Source: Haliotis rubra
Lineage: Eukaryota
Assembly (NCBI RefSeq): GCF_003918875.1
Contig: NW_025767313.1
Span: forward strand, 372,001-436,000
Reading direction: 5' to 3'
Length of the DNA: 64,000 nucleotides
Within the stretch, counting starts at the first letter, position 1, and the number at the start of each line of letters is the position of its first letter. Below, one piece after another: positions 13,901 to 27,457 of this stretch. A model generated the notes under the pieces. It was not told where the DNA came from. It did not search any database and was given only the letters and a program-made list of their open reading frames with translations. The position numbers were made by a program, and so were the translations under genes.

Positions 13901-14477
13901 TAAATTTTAATGTCATATTGCACATTTTACTGGGTAGATGTCGGCCTATGATAAGATGACAAGATATATCTATTCTACAAACTAACCGTCATGCCTTAAC
14001 GATGTCAGGTACGATTCTATATTTGTATTTATTGCACAGGCGGCCAGATGCACTATGAATAGCATGCAGAGAGAAGAGTATACAATGATGGGGTGAGTAG
14101 TTGATATACAGAGATAATGGTATGCAATAACTGGCATGAATGAGTGTTTTACATATAAAGAGTAAGTAGTGAAAGTGTTTCAACATTCGTCCAGGGTCTG
14201 TCGAAGTAATTAATGAAGCTATTTATTCCTATACAGAGCCACCAATACTGACGAGATGTGTAATTTCTACATCCTCTATTACACATACCGGAAGGAGAAT
14301 CTCAAAATCCAATACTGCTTCCGGGATGCGCAACACTTCAAGTGGGCCGATTACCTCGAAACCGTACCGGATTCTGCCAGTTCCCTGGCGGGGATTCCCC
14401 ACAGTGACGAAATCAGAGACAGTTTTCGACCACGTCTGCCCAGGATGAGAGGCAGACGACACCATGCTACAATGTAA
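6765..14477 (+). CDS. PHM: Peptidylglycine alpha-hydroxylating monooxygenase (monofunctional PHM, ~360 aa, secreted copper monooxygenase)
   Basis: 12 GT-AG exons with consistent phases: 6765-6896, 7287-7341, 7720-7807, 8419-8528, 10064-10141, 10498-10546, 11071-11135, 11400-11480, 12596-12672, 13495-13548, 14040-14092, 14237-14477 (1083 nt, divisible by 3). Hydrophobic signal peptide, then IRMP; AHHLMVYGC (CuH His-His); FAWALDAP; GVGFRVGG; QLHY; YRTHSHNLG (CuM HxH); SPQLPQTFY; GDILAARC; DEMCNFY (CuM Met). Confidence 0.93.
7084..7165. repeat. (GT)n microsatellite in PHM intron 1
   Basis: About 40 perfect GT units. Confidence 0.97.
8146..8299 (-). mobile_element. SINE family A (PHM intron 3)
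   Basis: Reverse complement of the family A consensus. Confidence 0.85.
8632..8760 (+). mobile_element. Degenerate tRNA-derived SINE fragment (another family)
   Basis: B-box-like GGTTCGATTTCC followed by CCGTGTCATAACAAA...AATTTGGTACT...TTCCCTG. Confidence 0.35.
10224..10440 (+). mobile_element. SINE-like family B (PHM intron 5)
   Basis: Family B consensus with internal deletions and a (CAA)n tail. Confidence 0.8.
10600..10763. other. Assembly gap (N run) inside a T/G-rich low-complexity tract of PHM intron 6
   Basis: Run of n flanked by (GTTTT)n-like and (GT)n sequence to about 10980. Confidence 0.97.
11916..12167 (+). mobile_element. SINE-like family B (non-tRNA head)
   Basis: ACCCGTGAAGATC...AACCCATGCTTGTCGTAAGAGGCGA...GGGTGGTCAGG...GCTGAGTGCGGCGTAAAAC(ACTC)n; TSD TCGGAATCTTAGA. 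Confidence 0.85.
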
Positions 14478-15184
14478 CCCAGATTAATAATGCAGGGTTC
14501 GGGCAGCACAACCACCATTTATGTGTTTTGCTGTGAAAGTTGGTAAATACAGCGTCAACATTTCAAAGCAACAGGTATGAACAAAATTACTTGTCAGTCT
14601 GTTCCATCTGTTCCTGGGCCATAGCTTCGGGCCATATGTTTATAACATCCCTACAATATTAGACAATGTTCGTGTACGAGAGAATCCCTTGGTTAATTTC
14701 TGGTGGTATGAAGTATCCTATAATAATTCCATTAGCTGATCATTACTGACACATATGAGTACAACACCGAACAATTGATGCTTGTAAAAGTATGCATGGG
14801 GGATCAAGGAACACGGTGTATACTATAGCTGTTGTTTTGGATTAACTTTGTTTCAATGTTTTGCAAATGTATGGTGCTATATACATATGATAATAGCTCT
14901 GTAGCTTGTAATACTGACGTACTCCGGATAGAGCGATACCGTCGAACCATATAAAATGCGATGCAAACTGTGGCAGCCTTGAAAACAGATATATCATTTA
15001 GATATTACAATACAATTATTCCAATGATACTATGTGTTTGTTGTTATCTTTATTATTCTGTAGTAGAACACGACATTTGATTGTAATCAATATTTCTAAA
15101 AGTGAAAAACACAATAACTGCTGATTCAGGTGAAAGTACACCACTCTCGTCTCTGATAATCAATAAGGTACCGGTAGCAATGAA

Positions 15185-16140
15185 GGTCCCCAGCAGCCTA
15201 TGTTTGTCGTCTATGTAGGTCCCCAGTGGCCTATGTTTGTCGTCTATGTAGGTCCCCAGTGGCCTATGTTTGTCGTCTATGTAGGTCCCCAGTGGCCTAT
15301 GTTTATCGTCTATGTAGGTCCCCAGTGGCCTATGTTTATCGTCTATGTAGGTCCCCAGCGGCCTATGTTTGTCGTCTATGTAGGTCCCCAGTGGCCTATG
15401 TTTGTCGTCTATGTAGGTCCCCAGCAGCCTATGTTTGTCGTCTATGTAGGTCCCCAGCAGCCTATGTTTGTCGTCTATGTAGGTCCCCAGTGGCCTATGT
15501 TTGTCGTCTATGTAGGTCCCCAGTGGCCTATGTTTGTCGTCTATGTAGGTCCCCAGTGGCCTATGTTTGTCGTCTATGTAGGTCCCCAGCAGCCTATGTT
15601 TGTCGTCTATGTAGGTCCCCAGTGGCCTATGTTTGTCGTCTATGTAGGTCCCCAGTGGCCTATGTTTGTCGTCTATGTAGGTCCCCAGTGGCCTATGTTT
15701 GTCGTCTATGTAGGTCCCCAGTGGCCTATGTTTGTCGTCTATGTAGGTCCCCAGCAGCCTATGTTTGTCGTCTATGTAGGTCCCCAGCAGCCTATGTTTG
15801 TCGTCTATGTAGGTCCCCAGCAGCCTATGTTTGTCGTCTATGTAGGTCCCCATGTTGGTCGTCCTAGTGGCCTATGTTTGTCGTCTATGTAGGTCCCCAG
15901 GAGCCTATGTTTGTCGTCTATGTAGGTCCCCAGTGGCCTATGTTTGTCGTCTATGTAGGTCCCCAGTGGCCTATGTTTGTCATAATTGTAGGTCCCCAGC
16001 AGCCTATGTTCATCATAAATGTAGGTTCCGAGCAGCCTTTGTTCGTCGTCTATGTAGGTCCCCAACAGACTACGTTCGTCATAAATGTAGGCACCCAGCA
16101 GCCTATGTTCGTCATAAATGTAGATCCCAAGCAGTCTACA
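15185..16140. repeat. 33-bp minisatellite, ~29 copies, degenerate at the right end
   Basis: Unit GGTCCCCAG(TG/CA)GCCTATGTTTGTCGTCTATGTA. Confidence 0.95.
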
Positions 16141-19100
16141 ACGTAAGATTGTGGGGGCGATTTAATCGATGGCATGGTCCAGCTCGGTGATCCGGTTGAC
16201 TCCATATCATCGTACTCGTTGTTCACGATGTCATATACAGGATTGTCTGTTCCCTATCCGCCGTCATATAGTTTGGATACTGTTGATTTATCTGTTGAGC
16301 AAACATAACAATAAGTGACTGGGTGAGTTGGGCAAGCTTAGAAATATACTGTTCATACTTTGCTGAGGATCAAATCATTGATTCAACAGAAAACTATGAT
16401 GTGGGGTCTAATTTGGTTTAGATATGTAAGCTTATTGTAAGCATGGATCCTTGGTTTCAGTATGTCATTTCATCTTTTGGATCCCATACCTGCTATTGAC
16501 AGGTGTTGTGTACTTGTCAGTGACTGGTTCCATGATTAGCAAAATGGTTGATTTGTGTCGTGAAAACCATTTCTATGGTTACTCATGTATCAGGTGCATA
16601 AGGTTAGATTAAAGTGGCTGTTTGCCTAAAGAGGGGTTACCATATTATTATTTATCCAGTTTTAAATGGATACAATTTCAAATTATAAATCTTGGGATTA
16701 AGTAAAGTTGGGAATGTTTGTGACCTAAAGTGTGAGTAGTATATGTTTGCGGAACACGGAAAGTGACTAAGATCTTAAACATGTGCCACGTTCGTGGCTA
16801 TGATGGTGGTATAACCCGCTGCTTTCTGGAACGGTAACTTCTACTGCCACTTCCGTGGGTATGATGATGGTATAACCCGCTGCTGTCTGGAACGGTAACT
16901 TCTACTGCCACTCACATAATGTCTCCGGGGTTGACAAAGTACAAGTATGGCCAAAACCGTTAATAAGAACATAGCGTTGCACAGTCAGATTTCCCTCACT
17001 GAAGTATTGCAGTAAGAGGCTCAAACGCACGTAGCACCGAATGGCCGAGGGTATGGAATACTGTCAGGGCGATCTCGACTTAAGGTAACAACCTCTTATG
17101 AAGAAAGTGCGAGATTTGGCTAAATTCCCGCACTCTACTGTTTATAGTCAATGGAAGTTTTCTCAGAAGTCAAGAGTGCAAAATGTGAACACGGTATAAA
17201 TTCTCCCGTTTCACTCGAAATTCAGGACACGAAAACACGCAATCATCAATTGAAGTAAACATAGTAGATAGGGACAGTGGATAATCCATTCCTGTACGTC
17301 GTTGATTAGGTCATCACTTCGATATCAAGCTGACAGTCGAGGTGTCTGAAATACTGTTCACGGCGTTGAACCAAATTCACTGTCTTATTCAGAGAAATGC
17401 ACATGCCTCGAGGATTTACGTTTCTAGAATAGAAATACTTAACATGTTGACGAATAAGTCCACATTAAAATAATTGTGAGATGTACATTTTTTTTCATTC
17501 ATTTGTTGGTAAACAAACGACTTAAAGCATCTGTATCTGCCGAATATTGCGAGTTACCACAGCATGCAAGTTAGACCGGACAAGTACTATCTCGAGCAAC
17601 TGAGCAATATAAGAAACCCCGGGACACATATTGCTGTCAGTGGATGGGTACCTGAAGTCAATACAATGATATGAGGCGGGATGTAAAGTATCAAGAGGGT
17701 CGGTGAAAAAAATCTAGTTATTCTATTATCAACGGCTAACGTACCTTACAATTTGCATAAACAAAAAACACCCCGAAAAATCAATATTTAGTTGTATGCT
17801 CAAACTAAGATTCAGTGAATTATTTAAATACGATGCTAGCTCTGTTTATATTTGGCTTCCTGTTACCTCGTAGATAAGCATATTGGCCTATGACTGACCA
17901 CAATTTGGGTATGAACCCGTATGTAAGTACAGACGTGTTGGATGCACAGTATGTACATGTTCAATGTTTGCCAAGGAAACTAAACTGAACCTCCTGTCCA
18001 TGTATAAACAGTTATATATTACTTATCATCAGAAGGCATTTATACGCGTTACGAATAGTCGAGATCGCGAGAGAATGCCCTTTACAGCGTTCCATAGGAG
18101 TGTGACGTATGTTGGTTATTTCTGTGCTACATGCCCGAGGGGGTGTCGACTAAGGAGCGATCGGATAACTGAATTATCTGCACCTTGTGTCAATGAAACC
18201 ATCAGTCAGAACATCGCGACTGATATATCAATACTTGTAGCCGTCTACATATACACCCAGGACGCATTTTCCTAAACCACGGATAAATAAGAACCTATTT
18301 GGATTAGGAATATTGGTCACAGAAAATAACGGGAATAATATTTAACTCTAATCCATTTTTTATTTGCCTACCCTGTGTCCAGGTGCAAACATGGCAACTT
18401 GTGGACAATTTTGGTCACGTGACGACTCGTCGGTCACAGACTCATATATTCACATAAATACATATCCAGTGTGTCTGTACATTTTAGTCCCTATTTAGCT
18501 GAAATAACGATGACGCGACGTCATTCTCACTTAAATATTCATCCGTACGGACGATGCTCTTTTAAAATGACCAAATTTCAAATAGTTACATTCGCCACTC
18601 TCTGCAACACTTGTACAATATTAAGCTCAATGTCAATACGACAAACAATATATAGAATTTACAAACATTACGTTTAGTTTTCTATATTCTTACTGTAAAT
18701 ATTTCTTGTGTCCAGTTATTTTTTCTAAATATGATATATGTGGAATTGATATTATCTATGAATAATGTAGGGGGCTAGTGCAACGTGTGCATGTTGTTGT
18801 GTTTGCTCCGTGGTGTCTGGTCTTGTCATGTCTGTCCCACTGATAATATAACCTCCGTTATACATCTCCATCAGTATCACAGGGTGTCAATACGCGGTCC
18901 GCGATTGATTTGTGCTGAAACCACGTATTGTTCTAAATAATAAAACGTCATTAAGGATGGTCACAGAAAATCGAGAATAATTATATTAGTGGTCGGTGAA
19001 TCAATATCTCCTGTCACTTCAAAGGCGCCTTAACAATGTAGTGTAATGTGTCCCTTGATATTTACCAGTTCCGCCTTGAATATAATCACGATGATAGGAA

Positions 19101-19457
19101 ATGTAACATTCAGTAATGGTTACCAGCTCAATGAAACATTAACTTTAATCAGTGAATCGGGGCCCACAATTCATTTTTCACATTCGAGGTGAAAAGCCAA
19201 ATAGCTTTATTTCTATACAGTGTTAATATTTCAATAAAAAAAAAGGTCCAATTTGTTGGAATTTGTTGGTTGGGATAAAATATTGATTAAAAAGATTGTA
19301 TTTTTCCCCTTTTGCGAACATATCAGATTACACAACTTCTCAAACTAGGATCACATTCATATTACTTTGTATCAGTAGAGGTGGGTTACCCATTAGTAAT
19401 ATCTTGGATTGCATTTTACATGTTATACGACACTCTTCAATTCAATTCCACTTCATA

Positions 19458-19700
19458 GTGAGTGAGTTTAGTTTCACGCCGCACTCAGCAATATTCCAAC
19501 TATATGGCGGCGGTCTGTAATAATCGAGTCTGGACCAGTCAATCCAGTGATCAACAGCATGAGCATCGATCTGTGCAATTGAGAACACATGATATGTGTC
19601 AAACCAAGTCATCGAGCCTGACCACCCGATCCCGTTAGTCGCCTCTTACGACAAGCATGGGTTACTGAAGATTCATTCCAACCCGGACCTTCACGGGTCT
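19458..19700 (-). mobile_element. SINE-like family B
   Basis: Reverse complement of the family B consensus; TSD TCCACTTCATA. Confidence 0.85.
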
Positions 19701-21475
19701 CCACTTCATAAAATGTAGAAGATGGGATACTGGTATCTCCAGCGGGGTAACCTGGATGTAGGTTATGTGAAATGAACTGAAACATAGATTAAGTCCAAAC
19801 ATGATAATAGTGTTTACAAGCGAACAATAACGTATCCACGTATAACGTCAGTGACTATGTGGACTCCAGAAGTGAGAGTCTCGAAAAGTGATTCGCTCAT
19901 AAAACAATCTCCAGCACTGACACTGCTCAGTATGCAGTTCTTCTGGATCAGTCCCCATGGCAACAACCTATACACATTGGCAAGAATCTTAATTCAAGAA
20001 ATTCGGCATCTAAATTTAAGGAATAGGTTGGCATGTCCCTTCGCTTGACGATCACATTGGACAAAAGTTGATATACAGTGTGAGGGAACTCAGTGAACTG
20101 TATGTTGGGTAGATTTGTGGATGCAAGACGTATGTAATGTCAAATATTCATGAAGAATTCTCTGACTGAAAAACGTGCATTCTGACTGGTTTGTCGTATT
20201 TTCGCAAACAGCTTTCATTGATACGAGGACAAGTCTTCTTGCAGGCTACAGAAAGGGGCGAGTGGTGATGAATGTGAAAAGCTCGATGTGTGCACAAGAC
20301 ACCGACGAAAGCACTACCAGTTTGGCCGCAACCGCTAGAATTACATTAATAGATACATTAAACAAGTACACTCTCTGGAGTTTCAGCTCTTTACCTTGTC
20401 GTTACCACAAATCAAAATCTGAACCCAAATGTTCGAACTCAACTGGATATTTCTCAGAAATATCGAAACAATTGACGTTCTTCACAAAGTAAAGGAGTTG
20501 AATTTCAACTGTTGTCTCCATCAATTTTAAAATTGTTCCCCCTTTCGTATGTACCTCAATCAACACAACTTGGAGACACCATGGATGATTTCGAAAGAAG
20601 AAATGATATGTGTTCCTTGGTGCCAAAGGAGGATGGCAGTCAAAAACACATCATAAAATTATAAGCCTTAAATGCTGCTATTCCGTACTAGATTTTATTC
20701 GTCAAGTGATTGCATATGCAAGCTATAGTGTTTCAATAGCATCAGATCTACAGAAAGCCATCCCCTTTCGCCCGGAGGGTGGTCTCAAATAGAACCGTGC
20801 AAGCCCTTCGGACTAGTTCCTGCTCTCCAAACGTTAGTTTAAGCCACTCTAGCAAAGGCTTTCGAGGTGCCAGTTGGCCTTGTATATAGTAGCATCAAGG
20901 GCAGATGTACCCATATTGTTCACTAATCTCATCACTGCGGAGTGAATCAATCCACCAGGAAGAAAAGGTATGCATCTAATTATATTCTAAATGTCATTTG
21001 CCTGCCTGGCTGCACACGACTTCTGAACCACGTTCTGTTTTCCCACACTATTCCTTTCCCTCTCAACAAAAAGGAATTTCAACAAGCTGGGAAAGGTCAG
21101 CATTGACACAGACGCAGTTCTTTACATTCGTGGGCTCCCTGGCCAACTAAAGATTTTGAATCTCGTTTAACCTCTGGGGAAGGTGGCCATATCCTGACCT
21201 CCTGTCGCCACACGATGAAAGAAAAGAATGTCAAGATCAGAAACGCGCAGTGAGAGCCAGTCTTCCACCTCAGCTCACTACACATACCCCCAAATGCAAG
21301 CAGACATGGAGCTACTGTTCGAAATTCATCTGCCTCGGAAACGTTTGGAAAAGTTGAAGCCCTCAGTGATAAAACCCAAACCGTGTATTACAAACGGATG
21401 GGTCACACCATATACCCTAGAGCTCAAAGCTATTCACCAGGCTCTCCTATGTTGTGTCAGAACCAGCTGTTCCGC

Positions 21476-21610
21476 GTTTCACAAAGCTCTGGTAAGCCCA
21501 AGGTCTCGTAACTTTTGTCGTATCATTCGCACCTCCTATACTGTAACATAGGGGGTACGAATGCAACGAGAAAGTTACGAGATCTTAGGCTTACGAGAGA
21601 TTTGTGAAAC
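21476..21610. repeat. Imperfect palindrome (probable small MITE)
   Basis: ~63-bp arms GTTTCACAAA...CCTAT / ATAGG...TTTGTGAAAC, 8-nt loop. Confidence 0.75.
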
Positions 21611-23689
21611 AGGGCCGAGGTAGGCAGCCAGTCTACGCCAGCCGCTTGGGAAGGACCGAATCTTAGACAGTAGTATGCAAATCATCAAAGAGACTAAAAC
21701 TTGTCTCCGAAACCAACTGTTATTTACAGCAACGTACATCCCAAGGTTAAGGGACTGTGAGTCCCGTCAAGTCCAAGACTCGACCGACTGAAAATTGGTT
21801 GGATACCTAATACCCTCAAAGGATACCAAATGAAGCCCTGATACAGCTGGATAGATACCTTCCGGATACAATGTATACATGGGAACAGTAAGCAGACTGC
21901 CATCGCCTATTCCACTACACATAAAGGTCACATGCAACCAAAAAAACAAACATAATTAAAACACAATTATCACTTATTCATGACATATAATATACATTGC
22001 TGATTATGAAAAAACAAATAAACAAAATTATAAGCGTACAATCGCAAATCAAAAGTGCAATATTTTGTACTTGGGTTTACTTCCCTCGAAACGAAGCACC
22101 CGGGATACCGAACCCAGTCAGAGCGGGTGGGCGTGCACTTAAGTGTAACGAAACTTTCATTGGCTGGTTCATTTGCCGATACGCTCAGGGCTCTTTTGTG
22201 TGTGTATAGAGATGTTGGGTTTTGTAAATACATGCTCATTTTTTGTGTATAACATTTTGCAATCAACAGACATCATAACATGTCATGTGTACAAGTATCA
22301 CACCTGCCTGTCTGTGTAATTACATAATGTGACAGAGACAGAACTCAGGTGCACGAGCCATAAATCAATGCGTTTTGTTTATGGTGTATAGCCTGATAGG
22401 TGTTAAGTTCAAATTGCATGTGGTCAGTGATCGAAGTTGTGTATTGCATATTGTCATTAGCAGACAGGCAGGCAGACACATAGGTGTCAATAAAACAGAC
22501 ATTGAGTTTTGTCTGTGACAGAGGCATATCTATATCACAGTTAGAAATTCTGACAATGCTAAATAATGACGTTGCTTTTAAGTATCGAACTGAGAAAGTG
22601 ACTCGGTAAGAAGAACGTGTGGTGAAATAGTCAAATGAAATTATATAAACAGTTAAATCGGTAATCTACTGTCATAACATATAAAAAGCTCGCGCCTGTG
22701 AAATATCAACAAAGTCAAAACATTAGAAAAATAGCTCACATCAAAGCCTACTCCGAGTACTCACCGCCAGCGAAGGTTTTCCGTCTTGAAATGTCGAACG
22801 CTTCACTGGTTGACACATAGCTGAGTAGATCTAGATCCTTAACAAGGTTCTTTTATGTAACGAGTAGATTATTTACTATTTGTTGTTTGTGTACACAACC
22901 AAGATTAGACTACTCCTGCTCACGACCTTATAATCCGGGAATCCCGCTTCAAGCTGCGCGAACCTATTCACTGCGCATGCGCCATGAGCAGTGCAGCGCA
23001 GCGCAGCACAGCTGTTGAAACCACTTTTCACCCCAGCTGGGGTGAATTTAGTGAATCGTTTGAACTCCGATTTCGCGGGTTTTTTTCATCGCGTTATTTT
23101 TCAACTTTTAAAGTTGAATTTGCATTTTTGATAATTTGTTACTGTAAGTCCATACCGAAAGGTATCAGAATCTGCAAAGTTGTGTTTTACGTTGCATGTG
23201 ACCCTGAATTCTGAAATACATATCCGTGAAGACATTTCCTCAAGGTTGTGATTCACCCCACGTGTCACCCCACGCCCCCATGCTTTGTCATCTGGCCGAA
23301 CCATAGTCAAAATGTGAAACAACTGGAGTTCACTACACTATTCATGGTCACTAATTAATTGTTCACAAGAAAATCTAACGTTCCATTCTAATCTGTTTTT
23401 GCTATACCTCACTGGAACTATGTGTGAAGTGCGTGATAGCAATCATTTGCAGATCGATAATTCCACACTCTGCCATTTAACGCCAACGGGACGACGAGGA
23501 GTGTGTCAAAGACCCGGATGTAGTGGGAGGCTAGGTGGGGGGTATGTGTGTACCGTCATTTCACAGCAAGTTCTTCTGACATAACAATCCACGTCCTGTT
23601 GTACTGATACAGTGGAAATGTGAACGCCACATTTCCAATTTCCAAGAACAACCCACCTCACCACATATAGTTGCTCTTGGGACACATCA

Positions 23690-26650
23690 TTCACTTGGGA
23701 CAGACAGATCAACTGGGTAGGTGGACATAGCATACACTTGGGACTAGCATACACTTGGGACAGACAGATCAACTGAGTAAGTGGACATAGCATACACTTG
23801 GGACAGACAGATCAACTGGGTAGGTGGACATAGCATACACTTGGGACAGACAGATCAACTGGGTAAGTGGACATAGCTTACACTTGGGACAGACTGATAA
23901 ACTGGTAGGTGGAAATAGCATACACTTGGGACAGACAGATCAACTGGGTAAGTGGACATAGCATACACTTGGGACAGACAGATCAACTGGGTAGGTGGAC
24001 ATAGCATACACTTGGGACAGACAGATCAACTGGTAGGTGGACATAGAATACACTTGGGACAGACAGATCAACTGGAAAGGTGGACATAGCATACGATTGG
24101 GACAGACATATCAACTGGGTAAGTGGACATAGCATATACTTGGGACAGACAGATCAACTGGGTAGGTGGACATAGCATACACTTGGGACAGACAGATCAA
24201 CTGGATAGGTGGACATAGCATACACTTGGGACAGACAAATCAACTGGGAAAGTGGACATAGCATACACTTGGGACAGACAGATCAACTTGGTAAGTGGAC
24301 ATAGCATACACTTGGGACAGACAGATCAACTGGGTAGGTGGACACAGCATACACTTGGGACAGACAGATCAACTGGATAGGTGGACATAGCATACACTTG
24401 GGACAGACAGATCAACTGGGTAAGTGGACATAGCATACACTTGGGACAGACAGATCAACTGGGTAAGTGGACATAGCATACACTTGGGACAGACAGATCA
24501 AGTAGGTGGACAACTGGGACAGACAGATCAAAGTGGACATAGCATACACTTGGGACAGACAGATCAACTGGGTAAGTGGACATAGCATACACTTGGGACA
24601 GACAGATCAACTGGGTAAGTGGACATAGCATACACTTGGGACAGACAGATCAACTGGGTAGGTGGACATAGCATACACTGGACATAGCATATACACTTGG
24701 GACAGACAGATCAACTGGATAGGTGGACATAGCATACACTTGACAGACAGAACTGGGTAGGTGGACAGATCAACTGGGTAAGTGGACATAGCATACACTT
24801 GGGACAGACAGATCAACTGGGTAGGTGGACATAGCATACACTTTGGGACAGACAGATCAACTGGGTAGGTGGACATAGCATACACTTGGGACAGACAGAT
24901 CAACTGGATATAGTGGACATAGCATACATACACTTGGGACAGACAGATCAACTGGGTAGGTGGACATAGCATACACTTGGGACAGACAGATCAACTGGGT
25001 AAGTGGACACATAGACACTTGGGACAGACAGCATACACATACACTTGGGACAGACAGATCAACTGGGTAAGTGGACATAGCAGCATACACTTGGGACAGA
25101 CAGATCAACTGGGTAAGTGGACATAGCATACACTTGGGACAGATCAACTGGATAGGTGGACAACTTGACAGACAGATCAACTGGATAGGTGGACATAGCA
25201 TACACTTGGGACAGACAGATCAACTGGGTAGGTGGACATAGCATACACTTGGGACAGACAGATCAACTGGATAGGTGGACATAGCATACACTTGGGACAG
25301 ACAAATCAACTGGGAAAGTGGACATAGCATACACTTGGGACAGACAGATCAACTTAGTAAGTGGACATAGCATACACTTGGGACAGACAGATCAACTGGG
25401 TAGGTGGACATAGCATACACTTGGGACAGACAGATCAACTGGATAGGTGGACATAGCTTACACTTGGGACAGACAGATCAACTGGGTAAGTGGACATAGC
25501 ATACACTTGGGACAGACAGATCAACTGGTAGGTGGACATAGCATACACTTGGGACAGACAGATCAACTGGGTAGGTGGACATAGCATACACTTGGGACAG
25601 ACAGATCATATGGGTAAGTGGACATAGCATACACTCCGGACAGACAGATCAACTGGGTAAGTGGACATAGCATACACTCCGGACAGACAGATCAACTGGG
25701 TAGGTGGACATAGCATACACTTGGGACAGACAGATCAACTGGATAGGTGGACATAGCATACACTTGGGACAGACAGATCAGCTGGGTAGGTGGACATAGC
25801 ATACACTTGAGACAGACAGATCAACTGGGTAGGTGGACATAGCATACACTTGGGACAGACAGATCAACTGGATAGGTGGACATAGCATACACTTGGGACA
25901 GACAGATCAACTGGGTAAGTGGACATAGCATACACTTGGGACAGACAGATCAACTGGGTAGGTGGACATAGCATACACTTGGGACAGACAGATCAACTGG
26001 ATAGGTGGACATAGCATACACTTGGGACAGACAGACCAACTTGATAGGTGGACATAGCATACACTGCGGACAGACAGATCAACTGGGTAAGTGGACATAG
26101 CATACACTTGGGACAGACAGATCAACTGGGTGGGTGGACATAGCATACACTGCGGACAGACTGATAACTGGGTAGGTGGACATAGCATACACTTGGGACA
26201 GACAGATCAACTGGATAGGTGGACATAGCTTACACTTGGGACAGACAGATCAACTGGGTAAGTGGACATAGCATACACTTGGGACAGACAGATCAACTGG
26301 GTAAGTGGACATAGCATACACTTGTGACAGACAGATCATATGGGTAGGTGGACATAGCATACTCTTGGGAAAGAGAGATCAACTGGGTAGGTGGACATAG
26401 CATACACTTGGGACAGACAGATCAACTGGGTAGGTGGACATAACATACACTTGGGACAGACAGATCAACTGGGTAGGTGGATATTGCATACACTTGTGAC
26501 AGACAGATCATATGGGTAGGTGGACATAGCATACACTTGGGACAGAGAGATCAACTGGGTAGGTGGACATAGCATACACTTGGGACAGACAGATCAACTG
26601 GGTAGGTGGACATAGCATACACTTGGGACAGACAGATCAGCTGGGTAGGT
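23690..26650. repeat. 43-bp minisatellite, ~69 copies
   Basis: Unit CACTTGGGACAGACAGATCAACTGGGTAGGTGGACATAGCATA; period 43 (23761, 23804). Confidence 0.95.
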
Positions 26651-27457
26651 GAGTGACGATATGCAGCTTCAGACAGTAGTTCAGGTATATACCATGACAT
26701 CTCTTAACATGGAGGAAAACCCAAAATGATGCTGGTCATGAATCTGTATCATACTTCGGTGAAACATTTGAGCTCAAGTATGGTGCGTACAGTGGATTGC
26801 ACCAACCTTACCCTAGAAAAGCACAGACGGACGATGCTCTTTGCATAATAACGACAACATATTTAACTAAGTGAAACAACAATAACAATAACACAGGTTT
26901 TAACTACATAGAACAACAAAGACAAACAAAAGTATTTTCAGTTGATTATACATTATATCATTTATTTCTCCTACTATGACAGATTTTATGTATTTTATAC
27001 AGTGAATGTTGTTTGAGCCAAAGACAGACAACACAAATTTGAGAAAAATATTAGTTTTGAGTGCATGTTCAGTTCCAAAGTAAGTTTAGCATGCTAATAT
27101 GCCTAAGTAACCAACCAGGCAGTGTTTACAGGTGCTGGAGATGCCAGATGTGGGCCACTGTGGTGGAATCTACAAACACAGGCCATGTGCTGAAAGTGAT
27201 GATGTAGCCACCATGGAGGATCATCCAGCACAGCAGGAAGTGACTAGCTGGTCCACCCATGGCCACATTTAACTACTGGTCATGTTTAGATACACATGAG
27301 GTGTGTGTAGACATGGCAACACAGACTGTACATACATGGCAGTGTAATGTAAAAAGACATCCAATCTCTCAAAATATTCATCCACACCCAACTCTTCATC
27401 CATGCTCTCAGTCTTCATCTCATTCTCCATCCAATCTCTCCATGTGTCTGCGTCTGT

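Noticed and set aside
15053-16190. Repetitive ORFs (LGTYIDDKHRP / MFVVYVGPQWP / AYVCRLCRSPV repeats)
   Set aside because: The 33-bp unit is a multiple of 3, so several frames on both strands stay open; nothing singles out one as coding.
14478-23000. Downstream PAL exons making a bifunctional PAM
   Set aside because: Exon 12 ends in an in-frame stop and I found no NHL-repeat/PAL-like exons; very divergent small exons cannot be excluded without RNA-seq.
23690-26650. CRISPR-like appearance of the regular repeat arrays
   Set aside because: Units are head-to-tail with no unique spacers, there are no cas genes, and the context is eukaryotic.
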